From an uncultured Planctomycetia bacterium (GTDB lineage: Bacteria > Omnitrophota > Gorgyraeia > 2-02-FULL-51-18): a DNA stretch of 64,000 nucleotides. Below are positions 56,565-64,000 of this stretch, piece by piece. The stretch lies in contig CAYODQ010000004.1 in assembly GCA_964402785.1 (NCBI GenBank), positions 159 to 64,158 of the forward strand, given 5' to 3'. Within the stretch, counting starts at the first letter, position 1. Each line of letters opens with the position of its first letter. The position numbers and the translations under genes are program-made. The notes under the pieces are model-generated. The model searched no databases and was not told the DNA's origin. It saw only the letters and a program-made list of their open reading frames with translations.

Positions 56565-57335
56565 ATGGATATGAGGATTTCGGCTTTTTTCCCTTGTTAT
56601 AACGAAGAAAAAAATCTGACAGATCTGGTGTCTAGCTGCGACAAGGTTTTGCGCGAGATCTGCGATGACTACGAGATCATCATTGTAGATGACGGAAGTA
56701 CGGATAACACCACTGCCGTTGCGCAGCTGTTGCAGCAACAATACGATAAGCTTCAGTATATCCGCCATGCCAAAAATCATGGGTATGGCGGGGCGGTTTA
56801 CACGGGCTTTAAAAAAAGCCGCTTTGAGTACATTTTTTTCTCGGATGGTGACAATCAATTTAATCTCGAAGAGATCCCGCTTTTAGTTAAAAAGATCTCC
56901 GAGGCGGACCTGGTCACGGGGTTTCGTCATCAGCGCGCTGATCCTCTGATGCGCCATATGATAGCCTGGGTTTATAGGTTGGTGGTGCGCATTGTTTTTG
57001 GACTCGGGATCACCGATATTGATTGTGCTTTTAAGCTTTTTAAACGCGATACGCTCCAAAGGATAGATATAAGAAATATTGTTTCCAGGGGTGCTCTTAT
57101 CAACACCGAGATTTATGCGCGTATGAAGAAGCTCAATATGACGGTGATAGAGGTGCCGGTTACACATTATGCGCGATTGACCGGAAAGCAAACCGGCGCA
57201 AGTCCCAGGGTTATTTTAAGAGCGATGTTTGAGTTAGTGAGCCTTTCTGTTAAGCTTCGGCGAGAAGGTCTTCAGATTCACACGGAAAAGCCGTCGAGGG
57301 TGCCCGATGGTTCTTTAGTCAACGAAACGAGGTAA
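56565..57335 (+). CDS. GT2 glycosyltransferase (DPM1-like)
   Basis: FFPCYNEE, VDDGSTD, NHGYGGA, FSDGDNQF, DIDCAFKLF. Confidence 0.9.
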   Translation: MDMRISAFFPCYNEEKNLTDLVSSCDKVLREICDDYEIIIVDDGSTDNTTAVAQLLQQQYDKLQYIRHAKNHGYGGAVYTGFKKSRFEYIFFSDGDNQFNLEEIPLLVKKISEADLVTGFRHQRADPLMRHMIAWVYRLVVRIVFGLGITDIDCAFKLFKRDTLQRIDIRNIVSRGALINTEIYARMKKLNMTVIEVPVTHYARLTGKQTGASPRVILRAMFELVSLSVKLRREGLQIHTEKPSRVPDGSLVNETR

Positions 57336-57337
57336 GA

Positions 57338-58528
57338 ATGTTTTCTAATCAATCAAAGATGACCATGATCAAAGCCGCGCTCAATCACGATGCGCCGGTT
57401 TACGTTCAATTTTTTGTCACGGCTCGATGCAATCTAACCTGTAAGCAGTGCAACGTTATCTACTCCAATGCGGATGTGCGGGAATGCACTCTCGAAGAAG
57501 TTAAGAGAATAGCCGATAATTTTAAAAAAATGGGCGTTGCGATGGTTGTGCTTACGGGTGGAGAGCCGTTTATTCGCCAAGATCTACCTGAGATCATACG
57601 AGAATTTGAAAGCCGCGGCATTCATGTGCGCATGCAAACCAACGGTCTGGCGACGGCTGAGCAAATCCACAAGGCGGTTGAGTATGGAGCAAAGGATGTT
57701 TCCATTTCGCTTGATTCGCTGGATCCGGCGATGCAGGATGATATCAACGGTGGTTTTGCCGAGTCTTGGCACAAAGCTTTGAAGGCCATAGCGTTATTCA
57801 CCCAATATCTACCCAAGAAGGATGGTTTTGGGGCCTTGGGTTGTGTCATGCAAAGTCAGAATCTCCATGAGATCGAGAACATTATCCGCTTTGGGACCGA
57901 GATCGGTTGGCATTCTTCGCTGGTGCCGATCCATGTATCGGATCATTCGATTCCACTTGGTTTTCGAACGCTCGATAAAAGCTTGAAATTTAAAGAGCAT
58001 GAATACGCGCAGGTAGATGCGCTTGTTGAGCGCGTTCGTAAGATGAGGGACAGCGGTTATCTTGTCTATGACAGCGATCAGTTCTTTGATGATGTGAAGC
58101 GTTTTGTGCGAGACGGCTCCTCCACTTGGCGCGACAAGAACGGTGGTGTTTGCGACAGTCCCGGACTTTATTTTACACTGCTTCCCAATGGCCATTTCGC
58201 CGTGTGCTGTGATTATCGGATGCCTTATGCTATACCCGCCTATGCGCCTGATTTTGTAAAAACTTATCATGACGAAAAATTCCGCAAGGACGTGCATAAA
58301 GTTGCCAAAAGCTGCACTGAGGGCTGCATGTATGGCTGTTTTCCCGAGATAACCATATCCAGTCGCTTTATGGGGGCTACTTTTCAGAGAGCCAAAACAT
58401 TCTTCCTTCAAAAAAGGAAAAATCCTTGGCCGCTTAGCTATGAGCAGATTCTTGCGATTGCCAAAAAACACAATCAACGCAACGTAGAAGCCAATAATTT
58501 AAGTTATGCCCAAAAAGATACGGTTTGA
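57338..58528 (+). CDS. Radical SAM protein with C-terminal Cys-rich (SPASM/twitch-like) region
   Basis: CNLTCKQC, LTGGEPF, TNG, ISLDS; C-terminal CDS..CC..CTEGCMYGC. Confidence 0.88.
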   Translation: MFSNQSKMTMIKAALNHDAPVYVQFFVTARCNLTCKQCNVIYSNADVRECTLEEVKRIADNFKKMGVAMVVLTGGEPFIRQDLPEIIREFESRGIHVRMQTNGLATAEQIHKAVEYGAKDVSISLDSLDPAMQDDINGGFAESWHKALKAIALFTQYLPKKDGFGALGCVMQSQNLHEIENIIRFGTEIGWHSSLVPIHVSDHSIPLGFRTLDKSLKFKEHEYAQVDALVERVRKMRDSGYLVYDSDQFFDDVKRFVRDGSSTWRDKNGGVCDSPGLYFTLLPNGHFAVCCDYRMPYAIPAYAPDFVKTYHDEKFRKDVHKVAKSCTEGCMYGCFPEITISSRFMGATFQRAKTFFLQKRKNPWPLSYEQILAIAKKHNQRNVEANNLSYAQKDTV

Positions 58529-59675
58529 AAGTGCTGCGCATCAGTTTTTGACCGCAGTCCACTCGTCTAGGGCTGAAGCGGGAGGGTCGGGGTGGTCTTC
58601 CTTTACTCAGTCTCTTAAAGTTGAAGACGATCCTTCTGTGTCCTCCGGCGGTATACGCGTCCTTTGGGCTAGCCCCAAGCCCGGAGAAGCCCGCTTTTCT
58701 CTCCAAGATGCGCGGTTTTATCAGCGGGCGGGAAGTGTTGTTGCGGATGATGGGCAGCTGAGTTCTGGCTCCCTTGAAGATCCTATTCAGGAAATGAATC
58801 GGCAGTTTTTTAAGAATATCGCCTCGCAAGTCATTGCAAAAGCCGGATTTAACTCGAGCGCTGAAGCACCCGAAAGATTTGCCAAAGAAGAAGTTTTTCA
58901 TGATCAGTGGGCGAGCGAAACAGACATTTCCAAGATCGACGTCATCAAGATCTGTGAGGCTGCCACTTCTCCTGAGATACGCTATATCCGCGCCTCGATC
59001 CCTAACCTCAAAGGCAAAAAACTTCTGGATGTGGGCTCCGGGCTTGGGGAAGTGTCTGTTTATTTTGCTCTTCAGGGCGCACAAGTTACAGCGGTGGATA
59101 TATCCGAGAACATGCTTAGGTGCACCGCCGATCTCGCAAAGCGCTACGGCGTCACAGTGCGTACCCACAAAACAGCTTTGGAGACATTGACGCTGCCGGA
59201 TGGCGAGCTTTTTGATGTCATCTACGCAGGAAATATATTTCATCATGTGGATATTGAGGCGGCGCTCAAGGCGCTCAAAAAACATCTGAAGCCGGATGGG
59301 GCTCTCGTTAGCTGGGACCCAGTTGCTTATAATCCGGCCATCAATGTGTATCGAAAGATGGCTATGGATGTTCGTACGGTGGATGAACATCCGCTAACAT
59401 TGAAAGATATTAAGATATTCAAGAGACATTTTACCGATGTAAAAACACGCTGGTTTTGGCTTACAACCCTATCCATTTTTATTTACATGGCCTTGGTTCA
59501 AAAGCGAAATCCCGGTAAGGAGCGCTATTGGAAGGTGGTCGTGGATGAGGCTGACCGCTGGAAAAATCCTTACTCTTTTCTGGAAAAGATTGACAGGGGA
59601 TTGCTGACACTTCTTCCGTTTTTGAAATTATGGTGCTGGAACGTCGTCATTATTTCTAAAAAACCTGTAGCTTGA
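58506..59675 (+). CDS. Class I SAM-dependent methyltransferase with N-terminal extension
   Basis: FHDQWA, LLDVGSGLGE, AVDIS, FHHVD, LKPDG, DP..YNP.I..YR, DEHPL. Confidence 0.85.
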   Translation: MPKKIRFESAAHQFLTAVHSSRAEAGGSGWSSFTQSLKVEDDPSVSSGGIRVLWASPKPGEARFSLQDARFYQRAGSVVADDGQLSSGSLEDPIQEMNRQFFKNIASQVIAKAGFNSSAEAPERFAKEEVFHDQWASETDISKIDVIKICEAATSPEIRYIRASIPNLKGKKLLDVGSGLGEVSVYFALQGAQVTAVDISENMLRCTADLAKRYGVTVRTHKTALETLTLPDGELFDVIYAGNIFHHVDIEAALKALKKHLKPDGALVSWDPVAYNPAINVYRKMAMDVRTVDEHPLTLKDIKIFKRHFTDVKTRWFWLTTLSIFIYMALVQKRNPGKERYWKVVVDEADRWKNPYSFLEKIDRGLLTLLPFLKLWCWNVVIISKKPVA

Positions 59676-59694
59676 TCGGTTTTGCCCGCTTTTT

Positions 59695-59746
59695 TGATGA
59701 CCACTAATGACTACTATTGACATTTAATGACGTTAATAGATACACT
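59695..59746 (+). promoter_or_regulatory. Sigma70 promoter overlapped by four phased TGAC direct repeats
   Basis: TTGACA(59717)-N18-TACACT(59741); TGAC at 59698, 59708, 59718, 59728. Confidence 0.7.
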
Positions 59747-59770
59747 CATAGATGGAAGAATTTTGGAGAA

Positions 59771-60022
59771 ATGGCCTTGGAAATCAAAGAAAATGAGGTT
59801 TACACCCACGAAGAAACGCAGGCGCTCCTCAAGGTCAGCGCTAGCACTGTCACGCGCATGATCAAGAAGGGGCTGATCCGTACAGCCAAGGTCGGAAAGC
59901 AGTACCGCATCATGGGCAAGGAGCTTTTGCGAGTACTATCCCCCAAACTAGAAGACAAGGTAGGCAAAGCCTATAACAAGGCTCGAAATTGGGCGCACAA
60001 GGATTATGAGAAAAAGATCTGA
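59771..60022 (+). CDS. Excisionase/BldC-like HTH_17 DNA-binding protein
   Basis: GGAG SD; VYT.EE...LLKVS.STV.RMIK.G.I...KVGKQYRI. Confidence 0.85.
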   Translation: MALEIKENEVYTHEETQALLKVSASTVTRMIKKGLIRTAKVGKQYRIMGKELLRVLSPKLEDKVGKAYNKARNWAHKDYEKKI

Positions 60023-61098
60023 CGTTTTCATTATCGCGGAGGCGGGCTCTAACTGGAAGGTGGGCGGAGGGCACTTAAAGGATGTGGCGTGCGCAAAAGC
60101 TCTAATTGATGGAGCTGCCAAAGCGGGCGCAGATGCAGTCAAGTTTCAGGTTTTTAGCGGCGCAGATGTCTACGTGCCGAATGCAGGAAAAAGTGACTAC
60201 CTTACCCAATTTAGAATCGATTCCCGACCAATAAACGACATATTTAAAGAATTAGCCATGCCGCATGGAATGGTTCAAGACCTCGCCGATTATTGCAAAA
60301 CAAAACAAATTGAATTTATGGCTTCTTTTTTTTCCGAGGCGGATTTTAGGGCCGTGGATCCATTTGTTTTACGACACAAAATTGCTTCCTATGAAATCAC
60401 ACATCCCGAATTGATTCGGTTGGCCGCAGAATCCGGAAAACCTCTAATCCTATCTACGGGTGCTTCCACGATGGAGGATATCGACTGGGCCGTTCAATAT
60501 TTCAAGAGATGCGGAGGAAAAGATATTTCGTTGATGCAGTGTACGGCCAAATATCCGGCCCGCCTGGAATACTTACATCTGCGTGTTATACCGGAGCTTT
60601 TAGAAAAAATGAATCTCGCTGTGGGTTTTTCAGACCACTCTATGGAGCCCGTATTCGGTCCATTGGTTGCGGTTTCTTTGGGCGCGAGAATCATAGAAAA
60701 ACATTTTACTATCAATAAGAAGTCAAAAGGACCTGACCACTCTTTTGCGCTGGAGATCAGCGAGCTTGAGCAGATGGTGAAGGCTATAAGAAAGTATGAG
60801 TCTGGCGATCATTCAGATTTCGAAGAGCTAAAAGCCAATAACATTTATGAGACCATTCTGGGGAGCGAAGGGAAAAAGGTTTTTCCGGAGGAGAAAGAGC
60901 TGAGGGACTATGCGCAACGAGCGGTTCAAGCTATAGTCGATATCCAAAAAAATGAAGCGTTTCGTTTGGGGAAAAATATTGCTATTCTGCGGCCAGGAAA
61001 AAAATCCAAAGGTGTTCATCCAAAAAAAATAGCAGATATCGAGGGTCGAAAGGCAAAGAGATTTATTCACATTGGAGAAGGGATCGTTGAGGCCTGTT

Positions 61099-61106
<8 letters not shown>
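60006..61106 (+). CDS. NeuB/PseI/SpsE family nonulosonic acid synthase
   Basis: FIIAEAGSN, GADAVKFQ, KIASYE, LILSTG, QC.AKYP, GFSDHS, IEKHFT, GPDH.FAL; C-terminal SAF domain. Confidence 0.9.
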
Positions 61107-63663
<2,557 letters not shown>

Positions 63664-63667
<4 letters not shown>

Positions 63668-64000
63668 GCTTCGGTGTCGTTATTCAAGCCCGCATGGGCT
63701 CCTCGCGCCTTCCGGGCAAGGTTTTGATAAAGCTATGTGGAAAGACCGTTCTTGCGCATACCGGTGAACGTGCGCAGGCAGCTGCGGGTGTGGACCGAGT
63801 CATTGTTGCGACAACTGACCTTGAAAAGGATGATGTTATTGTGGTTGAAGCGCGGGCTTGCGGGTTTGATGTTTTTAGGGGAAGTGAAAACGATGTGCTT
63901 TCACGTTTTCATAGCGCAGCACTAAAATTTAGGTTAAAAACAGTGATTCGTGTCACCGCGGACTGCCCGCTGTTGGATCCGCAGCTCTTGGCGGAAATGA
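63664..64000 (+). CDS. SpsF/PseF-like cytidylyltransferase (runs off the window; not in ORF track)
   Basis: My translation from ATG 63664: MSFGVVIQARMGSSRLPGKVL...FRGSENDVLSRF...IRVTADCPLLDP. Confidence 0.88.

Noticed and set aside
57809-59390. Antisense ORFs of 222 and 318 aa, and similar ones at 50041-50676 and 31764-32360
   Set aside because: They lie wholly opposite well-supported + strand genes and show no recognisable domains
59676-59695. Terminator after the last methyltransferase
   Set aside because: A T-tract is present but the stem is too weak to call
59695-59740. Phased repeats as a CRISPR array or iterons
   Set aside because: The 10-bp unit has only a 4-bp constant core, with no spacers, cas genes or rep gene
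59771-60022. Excisionase as evidence of a prophage or ICE
   Set aside because: No integrase or phage genes nearby, and the gene is coupled to a sugar biosynthesis operon

Overview
Bacterial chromosomal window with dense coding and no rRNA, tRNA, CRISPR array, transposase or integrase that I can see. Gene content (TMTC-like TPR protein, many GT-C enzymes, futalosine pathway) suggests Candidatus Omnitrophota or a related PVC lineage; this is an impression only. Layout: (1) 1-7.1 kb, a five-gene translationally coupled membrane operon (esterase, DUF2339-like, M48 peptidase, DUF2157, GDYXXLXY) ending at an att-like repeat cluster; (2) 7.4-24.6 kb, a housekeeping block (TMTC-like, methyltransferase, rdgB, AsmA-like, coaD-yceD-rpmF-plsX-fabH-fabD-fabG-acpP-fabF-fabI, smc, GGDEF); (3) 24.6-32.3 kb, futalosine menaquinone genes interrupted by a long hairpin, a HEPN gene and a small His-rich ORF; (4) 32.3-59.7 kb, a surface-glycosylation region with six GT-C enzymes and a MaoC-SDR-FkbH-methyltransferase-ACP-MBOAT-DltD-like cassette; (5) 59.7-64 kb, a Xis/BldC-like HTH gene followed by pseudaminic-acid-type genes. 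Most notable: an intact SMC in the canonical locus with no recognisable hinge domain; a Dlt-like cassette that could export a glycerate-derived (lactyl or methoxy) acyl group; and four TGAC repeats at exact 10-bp phase over the promoter of the HTH-pse operon. All family assignments come from motif recognition by eye, not database searches.
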